A stretch of DNA of 64,000 bases from an uncultured Gemmatimonadaceae bacterium (GCA_963843845.1 CAWJMB010000002.1:2176001-2240000); one strand, 5' to 3'. Shown: positions 1 to 8,854, numbered from the stretch's first letter. Notes: a model not told the origin generated them from the letters alone. Program-made: numbers and translations.

Positions 1-193
1 CCGCCCGCGCGGCGCCGATCAGCTGTCCGCGCGACGCCTGCTCGGCGAGAGCGAGGAGGACGTTCGTCGCCCCTCCCATCGCGGAGACGACGACCACCGG
101 GCGGCCCGGCATGCGGCCGCGTACGATCGATGCGGCGCGCTCGATGGCCTCAGCGTCGCCGACCGACGTGCCGCCGAACTTGAGAACGATCAC
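1..193 (-). CDS. lysC: Aspartate kinase, N-terminal part (runs off window start)
   Basis: Manual translation from GTG at 193: MIVLKFGGTSVGDAEAIERAASIV...PVVVVSAMGGATNVLL; KFGGTSV and VVSAM motifs; directly downstream of asd. Confidence 0.9.
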   Translation of the reverse strand, partial: MIVLKFGGTSVGDAEAIERAASIVRGRMPGRPVVVVSAMGGATNVLLALAEQASRGQLIGAARA

Positions 194-200
194 GGTGCGT

Positions 201-1358
201 TCAGCCGACCACGGCGGCAGCCGCCGCGCTCGTGACGGCAGCGGCGCGAGACGGCGCCGGCGCGCCTAACGCCACTTCGGCGTTCAGGATCGAGCCGCCT
301 GCCGCGCCGCGAATCGTGTTGTGTCCACTCGCGACGAGCCGCAGATCGAGGAGGTTGTCCTCGCGGACGCGACCGACCGTGACGCTCATGCCGTTTCCCG
401 CCATCACGTCGCGCCGCGGCTGCGGGCGGTCGGGAGCGTCGCTGACGACGAGCGGACGATCTGGAGCGCTCGGCAGGCCGCGGACGGCGGCGTCCCCTCG
501 CCACGCGCGGAGCACGTCGAGCGCCTCGGCGACGGACGGGCGGCGCACGAAGCCCAACGACATGCACGCGGTGTGACCGTGCTCGACGGGTACGCGATTC
601 GTGTGCGCCGTGACGACGAACTCCGCGTGCCGATGACCGGTGGACGAGACCTCGCCGAGGATCTTCTGGAGCTCGGTCTCGACCTTCGGTTCTTCGTCTC
701 CGATGTACGGAATGACGTTGCCGAGGATGTCGAGCGACGCGACTCCGGGATAGCCGGCGCCGGACACGGCCTGCATCGTCGCGATGAAGACTTTCGCGAG
801 GCCGAACGCCTCGTGCAGCGGCGCGAGCGCGAGCGACGCGACGGTCACCGAGCAGTTGGCGTTGGTGACGATCGCGCCGCGCCATCCGCGCGCCGCACGC
901 TGCGCCTCGATCACGGCGAGGTGCGCGCTGTTGATCTCGGGAACGACCAGCGGCACATCAGACGCCATGCGGAAATTCTTCGCGTTGCTGAACACGAGCC
1001 GTCCCGCCGCGGCGAACGCCGGCTCGATCGCGCCCGCGGCCGCGGAGTCGAGCGCGGAGAAGACGATCGGCGCCGTGACGACCGAGGGATCGCAGCCGAG
1101 CACGTGGCGATCTCGCACCGCCGCCGGCATCGCGCCTTCGAGCCAGCGCGTCACGTCCGCGTAGCGTCGTCCTGCCGAGCGCTCCGACGCGGCCAGCTCG
1201 ACGATCTCGAACCACGGGTGGCCGTCGAGCAGTCGCGCGAACGTCTGCCCGACCGCGCCGGTCGCGCCGAGGATCGCCACCGGCCACCGACCGCTCGACG
1301 TGAGGGGCGGTGTGACGACCGGGGCGAGTGAGGCGAGCGGCGTGAGAGAGCCAGGCAT
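201..1358 (-). CDS. asd: Aspartate-semialdehyde dehydrogenase
   Basis: ILGATGAVGQ Rossmann motif, VPLVVPEIN, NANC catalytic Cys, QAVSGAG, HNTIRGAAG. Confidence 0.95.
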   Translation of the reverse strand: MPGSLTPLASLAPVVTPPLTSSGRWPVAILGATGAVGQTFARLLDGHPWFEIVELAASERSAGRRYADVTRWLEGAMPAAVRDRHVLGCDPSVVTAPIVFSALDSAAAGAIEPAFAAAGRLVFSNAKNFRMASDVPLVVPEINSAHLAVIEAQRAARGWRGAIVTNANCSVTVASLALAPLHEAFGLAKVFIATMQAVSGAGYPGVASLDILGNVIPYIGDEEPKVETELQKILGEVSSTGHRHAEFVVTAHTNRVPVEHGHTACMSLGFVRRPSVAEALDVLRAWRGDAAVRGLPSAPDRPLVVSDAPDRPQPRRDVMAGNGMSVTVGRVREDNLLDLRLVASGHNTIRGAAGGSILNAEVALGAPAPSRAAAVTSAAAAAVVG

Positions 1359-1433
1359 GAGCAGCGAAGCGTGAAGCGCGACCGCGGGCGTGGGCGAGCG
1401 TGAGTCGAGCGGACGGCCGCCGTGAGGCCGACG

Positions 1434-2426
1434 TCAGGCGAGCAGCGTTCGCGCGATGCGCTCGTACGCGTCGACACTCGCCCGCAGTTCGTCGACGGCG
1501 ACGAACTCGTCCGGGGTGTGTGCGACGTGGATCGAGCCGGGTCCGAACAGCAGCGGGGTGCCCCATCGGCCGAGCAGCGGAATGTCCGACGTGTACGCGA
1601 CCGGCGCGACCTCGAAGCCGTCGATCGTGTGAAAGCGCTGCGCGGGGATCGTCGAACCCCACTCCAACTCGGCGCGTCCACGCGCCCACGCGGTGAGCCG
1701 TTCCTTCACCGACTCCACCGGTCCCACGAGGCGGAACATGAGCTCCGCTTCGGCGTGCGCGGGAACGATGTTCGCCTCGGTGCCGCCGCGGATCACACCG
1801 ACGTTGTACGTCGTCGCGCCGAGCACAGGGTCGGATGGAAGGTCGAGCGTGCGGAGCGTCGGCAACAGGTCCAGCAGGGGCTCGATCGCGGAGCGGCCGA
1901 GGTGCGCGTACGCCGAATGCGCCTCGCGGCCGGTCACGCGGATCGTGACCCGGAGCGACCCCTTCGCCCCGCTCGCGAGCTTACTCTCGGTCGGCTCGCC
2001 ATTCACGAGAAAGCGGCTCGTCGGGGCGAGGTTGTTCGCTGCGCGCGCGCCGTCGGAACCCTTCTCCTCGCCGACGACGAGCAACAGGTCGACGCGCTCT
2101 TCGCCGCTCGTGACGAGTCGGTCGGCCGCGGCGAGCATCGCCGCCGCGATCCCCTTGGCGTCGCAGGCGCCTCGGCCGTAGAGGCGCGTGCCCTCGAGGC
2201 GGGGCCCGTAGTAGGGAGGAACGGTGTCGAGGTGCGTCGAGAACGTGACGCCGCCCCCCGCCCGCGTCGCCCACACGTTGCCGCGGCCCGCGGAGACTTC
2301 CTGCACCGTGACGCTCCAGCCGCGGCGCAGCAGCCACTTCGCGACGAAGTCGACGGCCTGCCCTTCCGCGCCGGTCGGCGATTGGATCGCGAGCAATTCC
2401 GCGGCGAGCGCGACGACGTCGGTCAT
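1434..2426 (-). CDS. M20 family metallo-hydrolase (ArgE/DapE-like deacylase)
   Basis: HLDTV, GRGACDAKG, GEE, GEPT, AHT..E metal-ligand motifs; start taken at MTDVVAL. Confidence 0.85.
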   Translation of the reverse strand: MTDVVALAAELLAIQSPTGAEGQAVDFVAKWLLRRGWSVTVQEVSAGRGNVWATRAGGGVTFSTHLDTVPPYYGPRLEGTRLYGRGACDAKGIAAAMLAAADRLVTSGEERVDLLLVVGEEKGSDGARAANNLAPTSRFLVNGEPTESKLASGAKGSLRVTIRVTGREAHSAYAHLGRSAIEPLLDLLPTLRTLDLPSDPVLGATTYNVGVIRGGTEANIVPAHAEAELMFRLVGPVESVKERLTAWARGRAELEWGSTIPAQRFHTIDGFEVAPVAYTSDIPLLGRWGTPLLFGPGSIHVAHTPDEFVAVDELRASVDAYERIARTLLA

Positions 2427-2519
2427 GCGCGGAAAGTATGCGGCGCCACGCCCTGGTGCCACGCGTGGCCGCCAGCGCCCGCGTCGATTGCTCGCGCGAG
2501 CGCCGGCCGTCGCGTGCCG

Positions 2520-3035
2520 TCAGATCGCGGGCTGGGGGTCCGCCGTCGTGCGGACGGTGCCGTCGCCCCGCACGTGCTCGACGAACATCTGCTGCACGAG
2601 CCGGTTCGCGTCGCGCGCGTACTCGTCGTGGTGCCGCTCACCCGTCTCGCCGAGCTGCGCGAGCCGCTCATCGCCGAGGACGCGCCCGGCCTCACGGAAC
2701 GTCTTGAAGGTGTCCTCCGACTGCCGAGACGTCACGATGTCACCGACGAGGCGCAGGAAGTCGCTCTCGCGCGCCGCGTCCGCGAGGTCGCGTGCGATGC
2801 CGAGGGCCGTGCCGAGCGCCTTCTTGCCGGCGCCGAGCTCCGCGCCGATCGACTGCTGATAGTCCTCGAGCATCCGCTGATGGTCCCGGACCGCTGGGAT
2901 GTACCGCGTGCAGAGGTCGCGAAAGCGCGCGTCTTCCGCCTGCCCCTCGTGATCCTCGAGGTTCTTGAGAAACGTGCGATGCTGCATCACCGCGTTGTTG
3001 ATCTGACTGCGCAGGAAGTCTTGTCCGCGATCCAT
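2520..3035 (-). CDS. Hypothetical helical protein, probable ferritin-like four-helix bundle
   Basis: GAGGTG SD before ATG 3035; all-helical pattern with D/E-x-x-H motifs in both halves (RDHQRML, ERHHDEY). Confidence 0.55.
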   Translation of the reverse strand: MDRGQDFLRSQINNAVMQHRTFLKNLEDHEGQAEDARFRDLCTRYIPAVRDHQRMLEDYQQSIGAELGAGKKALGTALGIARDLADAARESDFLRLVGDIVTSRQSEDTFKTFREAGRVLGDERLAQLGETGERHHDEYARDANRLVQQMFVEHVRGDGTVRTTADPQPAI

Positions 3036-3246
3036 AAGCACCTCAACGGTGTGAAGCGTCAGTGTGTGGGTGTGGGTACGAATACAGGGCACGACACGGG
3101 CCACCGGTGGCGAACGCGGTCGGATGAACCGCCGGGTCGGCCGGGGGTAGCAGCCGGTCCGACGACGCCGGACCGTATCAGCGAATATGGCTCTAAGTCG
3201 TTTCGGCGCATGAATTTACCGGTTCGAGCGCGGTCCTGTGCCGGTG

Positions 3247-3275
3247 TTGACAGAGGCGTGGGCTTCGGGTAATTT
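3247..3275 (+). promoter_or_regulatory. Sigma70-type promoter TTGACA-17nt-TAATTT
   Basis: Consensus -35 (3247-3252), 17-nt spacer, -10 (3270-3275), about 50 nt upstream of GGGAGG + GTG 3328. Confidence 0.7.
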
Positions 3276-3327
3276 TCGGTCGGCAGCGGACGGAACGAGC
3301 ACCCTCAGCGCGTAAGCGGGAGGCCGC

Positions 3328-3923
3328 GTGGCGAAGGCGGCGAAGGCGGCGAAGGCGGCGAAGGCGGCGAAGGCGGCGAAGGCGGCGAGGCGGCGAGGAC
3401 GACGAAGACGACGACACGTGCGGCGACCACGCCGCGCGCCGGGAAGTCGGTCGCGAAGGTGACCAAGAAGGCTCCTTCGCGTGCCGCTCAGACGAGCGCC
3501 GCGGTGGCTGCGAAGCGACCGTCGCGGAAGCAGGTGAAGGCCGCAGTGTCGGCCCCGATCGCCAGGCCGAAGGCGGCCGCTCGGCCGAGGAAGGGTGTGA
3601 CGGCTCGGCCGGTCAGGAGCGTCGCGGCGCGCGCGACTCGGCGTGGCGCGCGCCAGAAGACGGTCGCTCCGCAGCTCGTTCGCGTCGTCAAGGTTCGCGA
3701 GCTCGACCCGATCGCGAAGTGCGGCCCGGCGACCTCGGTCGAGCAGCTCTTCCGCGTCGACGAGCTGACCGGGCGCGAGTCGACCGTGCACCTCGTGTTC
3801 TTCGACCGGCACGGCTGGTACTGCGTCCACGGCCCCCGCTGCGCGGCCGTCTCGGACGTGCACTCTCACACCCGCTCCGCGCAGCGGGCTCGTTCGGGTC
3901 GCGCACCGGCTGGCGCTCGGTGA
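3328..3923 (+). CDS. Lys/Ala/Arg-rich histone-H1-like protein with C-terminal Cys/His domain (1-nt frameshift at ~3388)
   Basis: SD GGGAGG 3318-3323, GTG 3328 gives MAKAAKAAK...; seventh repeat unit lacks one A; restoring it joins ORF 3459..3923 (TKKAPSRAA...HGWYCVHGPRC). Confidence 0.65.
3331..3392 (+). repeat. Tandem 9-bp repeat (GCGAAGGCG)x6 plus one 8-bp unit, encoding Ala-Lys-Ala
   Basis: Six perfect units 3331-3384 read directly from the sequence. Confidence 0.95.
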
Positions 3924-3981
3924 CGCACGCACGACCGGCAGGCGCCGTGATTCACACTGGACGACAACGGATGGACGAGAG

Positions 3982-4833
3982 ATGATCGCTCGACACGACA
4001 ACCACACTGACAGCAAGGTCAACCTCTGGGCCGCGCTCGCTGCCCCACTCGCCGCCGGCTCGACGGCGTGGCGTCAGGACGGGCGTGCGACGGCGCGCGA
4101 CGGCCGGTGGTACGCGCGCTTCGTCGCGTACGTGGACGCGAACACCGTCCGCGAGCGGCTGGACGCGATCGTCCCCGGCGAATGGGATCTCACGCTCGAG
4201 CTGCTCCCGGCGATCCCCGGGATCGACGACGACGGCCAGAGCTGCTCGTTCAAGGCGCGACTCCAGATCCTCGGCGTGATCCGGGAAGACGTGGGAACGG
4301 GGCGTGACTACAAGCAGGCCGCGACCGACGCGTTCAAGCGCGCCGCAGTGCGGTTCGGCATCGCGCACGAGCTGTATCAGCTCGATCAGAACTGGGTACA
4401 GGTCGACGGCGACGGCCGCTACGCGAAGCCGCTCGAGGACCCGCAGGCGGCGTACGACCGCCGCGCAGCGCGCCGCGACGACGACGTGCGCTACATCGCG
4501 ACGCAGATCGCACCGGTCGACCCGTTCGATCCGGAGCCGACGGTCCCGGCGTCTGCGCGCACGGCGGACGCCGAGCCGGTGTCGAACGCGGACGCGGTGA
4601 GATGCCCGAAGTGCGGCGGACGGGTGTGGGACAACCGGCTCAGCAAGCGCAATCCGAAAGCGCCAGACTTCAAGTGCCGCGACCGGAACTGCGACGGTGT
4701 CATCTGGCCACCGCGCGACGGCAAGACGCGGACGCCTTCACCCGCGGCCGGCGGGGCCGACGATGAGCCGGAAGCGATGGCGTTCGACAGCTCTCCGCTC
4801 GGCGCATCGATCGACGAAGAGATCCCGTTCTGA
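3982..4833 (+). CDS. Rad52/Rad22-family (DdrA-like) single-strand annealing protein with zinc ribbon and acidic tail
   Basis: AYVDANTVRERLD..PGEW, LQILGVIREDVG, KQAATDAFKRAAVRFGI..LY resemble DdrA/Rad52 motifs; CPKC...C-x4-C; ends DEEIPF. Confidence 0.8.
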   Translation: MIARHDNHTDSKVNLWAALAAPLAAGSTAWRQDGRATARDGRWYARFVAYVDANTVRERLDAIVPGEWDLTLELLPAIPGIDDDGQSCSFKARLQILGVIREDVGTGRDYKQAATDAFKRAAVRFGIAHELYQLDQNWVQVDGDGRYAKPLEDPQAAYDRRAARRDDDVRYIATQIAPVDPFDPEPTVPASARTADAEPVSNADAVRCPKCGGRVWDNRLSKRNPKAPDFKCRDRNCDGVIWPPRDGKTRTPSPAAGGADDEPEAMAFDSSPLGASIDEEIPF

Positions 4834-4844
4834 TCGAGTGAGCG

Positions 4845-4888
4845 GAACACGAGATGCCCCGCCAGCGCTGGCGGGGCGTCTCGTGTTC
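4845..4888. terminator. 44-bp near-perfect inverted repeat between convergent Rad52-like gene and tRNA-Leu; likely terminator or processing hairpin
   Basis: GAACACGAGATGCCCCGCCAGC / GCTGGCGGGGCGTCTCGTGTTC with one mismatch; no clear U-tract. Confidence 0.55.
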
Positions 4889-4889
4889 A

Positions 4890-4971
4890 TGCCCGGGGCG
4901 GGACTCGAACCCGCAATCCTCGCGGAAAGGGATTTTAAGTCCCTCGCGTATACCGGTTTCGCCACCCGGGC
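4890..4971 (-). tRNA. tRNA-Leu(TAA)
   Basis: Reverse complement GCCCGGGTGGCGAAACCGGTATACGC-GAGGGA CT TAA AA TCCCT-long variable arm-GGTTCGAGTCC-CCCGGGCA; CCA not encoded. Confidence 0.95.
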
Positions 4972-5028
4972 CGGAACGCAGCGAGGCCAGCGTTCACACA
5001 CGCCGGCCTCGCCAGTCGTCATGTCCAG

Positions 5029-5101
5029 AGCGGGAAACGGGACTCGAACCCGCGACCCCAACCTTGGCAAGGTTGTGCTCTACCAACTGAGCTATTCCCG
5101 C
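5029..5101 (-). tRNA. tRNA-Gly(GCC)
   Basis: Reverse complement GCGGGAATAGCTCAGTTGGTAGAGCACAACCTTGCCAAGGTTGGGGTCGCGGGTTCGAGTCCCGTTTCCCGCT. Confidence 0.97.
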
Positions 5102-5114
5102 ACGACGTGCAGGC

Positions 5115-5143
5115 ATTGTAGCGACGCCGCGACGTCGCATCAA
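5115..5143 (-). promoter_or_regulatory. Promoter for tRNA-Gly/Leu, TTGATG-17nt-TACAAT
   Basis: Minus-strand hexamers at 5138-5143 and 5115-5120, 13 nt upstream of tRNA-Gly. Confidence 0.65.
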
Positions 5144-5148
5144 CCGCG

Positions 5149-6984
5149 TTACGGTTCGACGCCGAGCACGTGCACCGCGTACCACGCGGTGTACGCGAGA
5201 AGGCCCGAGAGCGACGCGTCGCCTCCGTTGCCGATCGCCTTGCCGTCGGCGCTCACGAACTCGGCCGCGATGCCGTTGTCGAGGGGCGCCCGGCGCAGCC
5301 ACTGCAGGACCTGCGGCGCGTCGGGGCCGAGTAACCGCGCGCACTGCTGCGCGAGCATCGACGGCGGTGCGGCGGCCAGGGCACGGGCCGTACGCCGATA
5401 CGTCGAGTCCGACCGCTGCACGACCTCGTACAACGGCAGCCAGAGCGCGGACGCGACCGGATCGTCATCGAACGCGGTCGCGCCCTTCAGGTCGATCGCC
5501 GCGGCGAGCGCCGGCTTGCCGTCCCGTTCGGTGGCGAAGTGGCGCAGCAACGCGGCCCGGACGGCCTCCGGCTCCTGCACCTCGTTCGCCGTCTCCTCGT
5601 CGAGGGTGCGACGAAAGACTTGCAGCGCCTGCGATACCACCGCGTTCCCGTGCAACGTGTACGGCTGCGCGCTCGTCGTGCCCGACACCGTGACCTCGGT
5701 GCTGTACAGCGGGACGTTCTCGTCCCGGCGTGCGGCGATGTCGTCGCTCGACAGATAGAGCGTGTCGGCGACCGCGGGCTCGTCGACGATCGCGTCGTCT
5801 CCCGTCTCGCGGATGTAGCGGTCGGTCGCGAGCGCGTACGCCGCGGCACCTTCGAGGGAGAACCCCGGCTCGAAGAGCGTGCCGTCGACGTAGTGCACCC
5901 CCTGCCCCGGGGCGTAGCCGTGCAGCTCGCACGTTCGCAGCAGCAGCTCGCGCGCGAGCCCGGGGTCACCGAGCTGCATCGCGGGCAGCGCCCACATGAG
6001 CGCCTCCCAGTCGCGCACCGTGATGCCGCGCGCGTGCCAGGGCACGCGTGTCCGGACCGGATAGAAGTGCGCGTCGTCGAGTGCGCGCGCGCAGGCGTAG
6101 AAATAGGCGAACACGAGGTTGCGGTTCACGAGGCGGTCGATCGTCTCGTTCCCGGTGACCTGCTCCAGCGACCGGAGCGCGTCGCGCGTCACGCTCAGCA
6201 GGTCGCGCCAGCCGCGGCGCCGCATCGCGGCGACCGTCGCCTCTGCGCCATCGCGCTCCGGTCCGGCGGCGAGGTAGAACGCGACCTGCCGCGTCGTGCC
6301 GCGCTCGACCGTGACCCGACGACGCACGCTGAAGGTCGGTGCAGTGCCGTCGCGCACGTCGATCGCCGCGTCACCGTCGCTCCCCAGGGCGAACGACACC
6401 GTGCCGGGGAGCGCGGTGCCTTCGAGTACCACGACGCCATCGCTGCTGGCCGCGACCCGGTGCGGATCGGCGAATGCACGAGCCGACCGCACCCGCATCT
6501 GCCGATGGCCGAGCGTGCCTTCGAGGGCGACGTCGATCTCGGCGGTTTCGGCGCCGCGATTCTCGATCGAGATCGTGTAGACGGCACCCGACAGGTCGGT
6601 GTCGCGTCCGTGCGGAGCGTAGATCGAGCCCCGAACGATGAGCGCGCCGCTCGTGCAGGTGAACGTCGGGAGCCAGTGCACGGCGCGCTCCCACGCGATT
6701 CCCTCGGTCGAGAGGTCGCGCAGCACACCGTTCACCCGGAGCGTCGGCTTCAGCAGCGGTACGCCTTCCCCGGCGACGAAATTCTCACTGCCGGCGAACT
6801 CGATCGCCGCGCGCGCCCCACGGTGCAGCACTCCGACCGCCCAGATCGACGCGTCGGCGGGGTGGATGCACGGCAGCGCGAGCCAGTGGTTGCCAGTGAG
6901 CTGCCAGGGGATCGGAGCGAGCGGAGCGGTCTTCACGAGGGCGAGCGGGCTATGAGGCGAAGCACGTGGTGCCGGAGCGCGCAT
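5149..6984 (-). CDS. Probable six-hairpin glycosidase-like protein (GH125/GH15-like, tentative)
   Basis: N-terminal beta-rich region then helical region with RD-W, F.LE, PY..HGN and AEF..ADG motifs; start uncertain (6984 or 6936). Confidence 0.5.
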   Translation of the reverse strand: MRAPAPRASPHSPLALVKTAPLAPIPWQLTGNHWLALPCIHPADASIWAVGVLHRGARAAIEFAGSENFVAGEGVPLLKPTLRVNGVLRDLSTEGIAWERAVHWLPTFTCTSGALIVRGSIYAPHGRDTDLSGAVYTISIENRGAETAEIDVALEGTLGHRQMRVRSARAFADPHRVAASSDGVVVLEGTALPGTVSFALGSDGDAAIDVRDGTAPTFSVRRRVTVERGTTRQVAFYLAAGPERDGAEATVAAMRRRGWRDLLSVTRDALRSLEQVTGNETIDRLVNRNLVFAYFYACARALDDAHFYPVRTRVPWHARGITVRDWEALMWALPAMQLGDPGLARELLLRTCELHGYAPGQGVHYVDGTLFEPGFSLEGAAAYALATDRYIRETGDDAIVDEPAVADTLYLSSDDIAARRDENVPLYSTEVTVSGTTSAQPYTLHGNAVVSQALQVFRRTLDEETANEVQEPEAVRAALLRHFATERDGKPALAAAIDLKGATAFDDDPVASALWLPLYEVVQRSDSTYRRTARALAAAPPSMLAQQCARLLGPDAPQVLQWLRRAPLDNGIAAEFVSADGKAIGNGGDASLSGLLAYTAWYAVHVLGVEP

Positions 6985-7111
6985 GGCACGCGCCGTTCGG
7001 TTGACGCGCTCACGGCACGCCGCTAATCTAGCGGGCTCTCGGTCAGACCGGCCGAAAGTCTCGCAGCGTGTTGCGCGACAAGGACTTAGCACATCTGAAG
7101 AGGCTGTGGAG

Positions 7112-8854
7112 ATGGCGCCACCGCGCGCGGGTTCGGCGCTTTCGTTCGCGGTGCTGGCGGCCAGCTCCCTCGTCCTCCGGTCGCGCGCCGCCGACGCGCA
7201 GCCCGGGCGAGGCGCGTTCGAGGATGCGTCACTCCCGCAGCGGGGAGAGGTGCGGCTCCGCGTTCCGGTCCGATTCGACGGCACGCACGACCAGTTCGGA
7301 CGCGGCGACGCGTCGGGCGACAACGGGCGCGTGCCGCTGGGGTCCCGCCTCTCGGCAGATTCGCTCGGCGCGTCGCGCATCCCGGCGCTCGTGCCGACGG
7401 TATCGCTCCTCCGTGACAGCGTGGGCGTCGGCGGACTCGCGCTGTCGTTGGGCACCGTCGAGACCCGCGTGCGGACGTTGTATCTGACGCTCCCGCTCCA
7501 GTTCGAGCTCGGCGTCACGCGCCGTCTCTCGCTCGGCGCCATCGTGCCGCTCGTGCGGTCGCGCGCTGCGGTCGACGTCGTGACGAACCGCGGTGGGGCG
7601 ACCGGCAACCTCGGATTCAACCCCGCGAACGCGACGGCGTCGGGCTCGGCGAGCGCGGCGGCGACGACGCGCAACGCGCTCGTACAGGCGCAGCTCGGCG
7701 GCGCCGTCGACACCCTCGCGGCGCGCCTCGCCCGCTGCCCCGCGACGGCGACGTCCGGCACGCCCGGCGACTGTCTGCCGATCATCGCCGATCGCGGCGC
7801 GGCACAGCAGCTCGTGACGCGCACACGAACCGTCGCGCGCGGCGTCTCTCAGCTCTACGGCGGCACGACGGCGAGCGGCGGCACGCTGTTCGTCCCCGTG
7901 GTCGGATCGGATGCGCAGCTCGCGGTACAGCAGCGCCTACAGACGCTCGCAGGGCAGTTCGTCGCCTTCGGCGTCGCCGGGACGACGTTCGCGGCGCCGG
8001 CCGGTGCGACCTCGCGACTCGCCACACCGGGCCTGCAGCGCGTCCTCACGGAGGAGGCGTTCGGGATTCTCGCCGACACGGTGCGCACGCTCGAACGCGC
8101 AGCGATCGGCGACGTCGAGTTCGGCGCGAGCTTCATGTGGTTCGACTCCTTCGTCGACGACGGGGCCGTCCGTGCGCGCGGCACCCGTGTCCGCAGCACG
8201 GTCGGAGCATCGTATCGCGCGGCCACCGGGTCGATCTCCTTCCCCGCCACCGTGTTCGACATCCCCAGCGGTACCGGATCGGCGGCGATGCTGCTGCGCT
8301 CGGCGACCGACGTCTCGATGGGCCGCCGCGTGTGGGCGTCGCTCGTCGCGCGCGCCGAGGTACCGCTCGCGCGCGACGTGCTCGTGCGCGTGCCACTGGT
8401 CGCCGGCGAGGCGTTCTCGAGCCTCGACCGCGAGGCCGTCGTCGCCCGGACGCTCGGCCGCCAGCTGTCGCTGGAGGCGACCCCGCGGTGGACCCCGAAC
8501 GACGCGTTCGGCGCCTCGGCGCACTATGCCGTGCGCATCAAGCAGCGCGATCGGTACGAGATCCCGTCGGCCGCGGACGCTCCCGTCGCCAGCGCGGATC
8601 TGCTGTCCGCTGGCAGCGGCAGCACGGCGCACGTGGCCGGGTTCGGTCTGAGCTACTCGACGCTTCCCGCGTACACGGCGGGCCGCTCAGCACTCCCGAT
8701 GGACGTGAGCTACGTCCACACCTCGACGTTCGCCGCGAGCGGCGGGATCACACCTGCGACGCGCCGGGACGAGTTCGCCGTCCGGCTGTATTTCCACCTG
8801 CTCGGCGGTGGAACGCGACGCAGCGTGCGACCGTCGTCAGCGTCGCCGCGCTGA
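7112..8854 (+). CDS. Secreted hypothetical protein, probable outer-membrane beta-barrel
   Basis: Signal-like N-terminus (..AADAQ), amphipathic strands, GDVEFGA motif, C-terminal VRLYF. Confidence 0.5.
   Translation: MAPPRAGSALSFAVLAASSLVLRSRAADAQPGRGAFEDASLPQRGEVRLRVPVRFDGTHDQFGRGDASGDNGRVPLGSRLSADSLGASRIPALVPTVSLLRDSVGVGGLALSLGTVETRVRTLYLTLPLQFELGVTRRLSLGAIVPLVRSRAAVDVVTNRGGATGNLGFNPANATASGSASAAATTRNALVQAQLGGAVDTLAARLARCPATATSGTPGDCLPIIADRGAAQQLVTRTRTVARGVSQLYGGTTASGGTLFVPVVGSDAQLAVQQRLQTLAGQFVAFGVAGTTFAAPAGATSRLATPGLQRVLTEEAFGILADTVRTLERAAIGDVEFGASFMWFDSFVDDGAVRARGTRVRSTVGASYRAATGSISFPATVFDIPSGTGSAAMLLRSATDVSMGRRVWASLVARAEVPLARDVLVRVPLVAGEAFSSLDREAVVARTLGRQLSLEATPRWTPNDAFGASAHYAVRIKQRDRYEIPSAADAPVASADLLSAGSGSTAHVAGFGLSYSTLPAYTAGRSALPMDVSYVHTSTFAASGGITPATRRDEFAVRLYFHLLGGGTRRSVRPSSASPR

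Noticed and set aside
3331..3392. 9-bp tandem repeat as CRISPR array or phase-variation switch
   Set aside because: No spacers or cas genes; unit length is a multiple of 3, so slippage keeps the frame.
3982..5101. Prophage remnant (Rad52-like gene beside tRNAs)
   Set aside because: No integrase, att duplication or other phage genes, and composition looks like the flanks.
7086..7112. TTAGCACAT as a CIRCE half-site
   Set aside because: No matching GAGTGCTAA arm 9 nt downstream.
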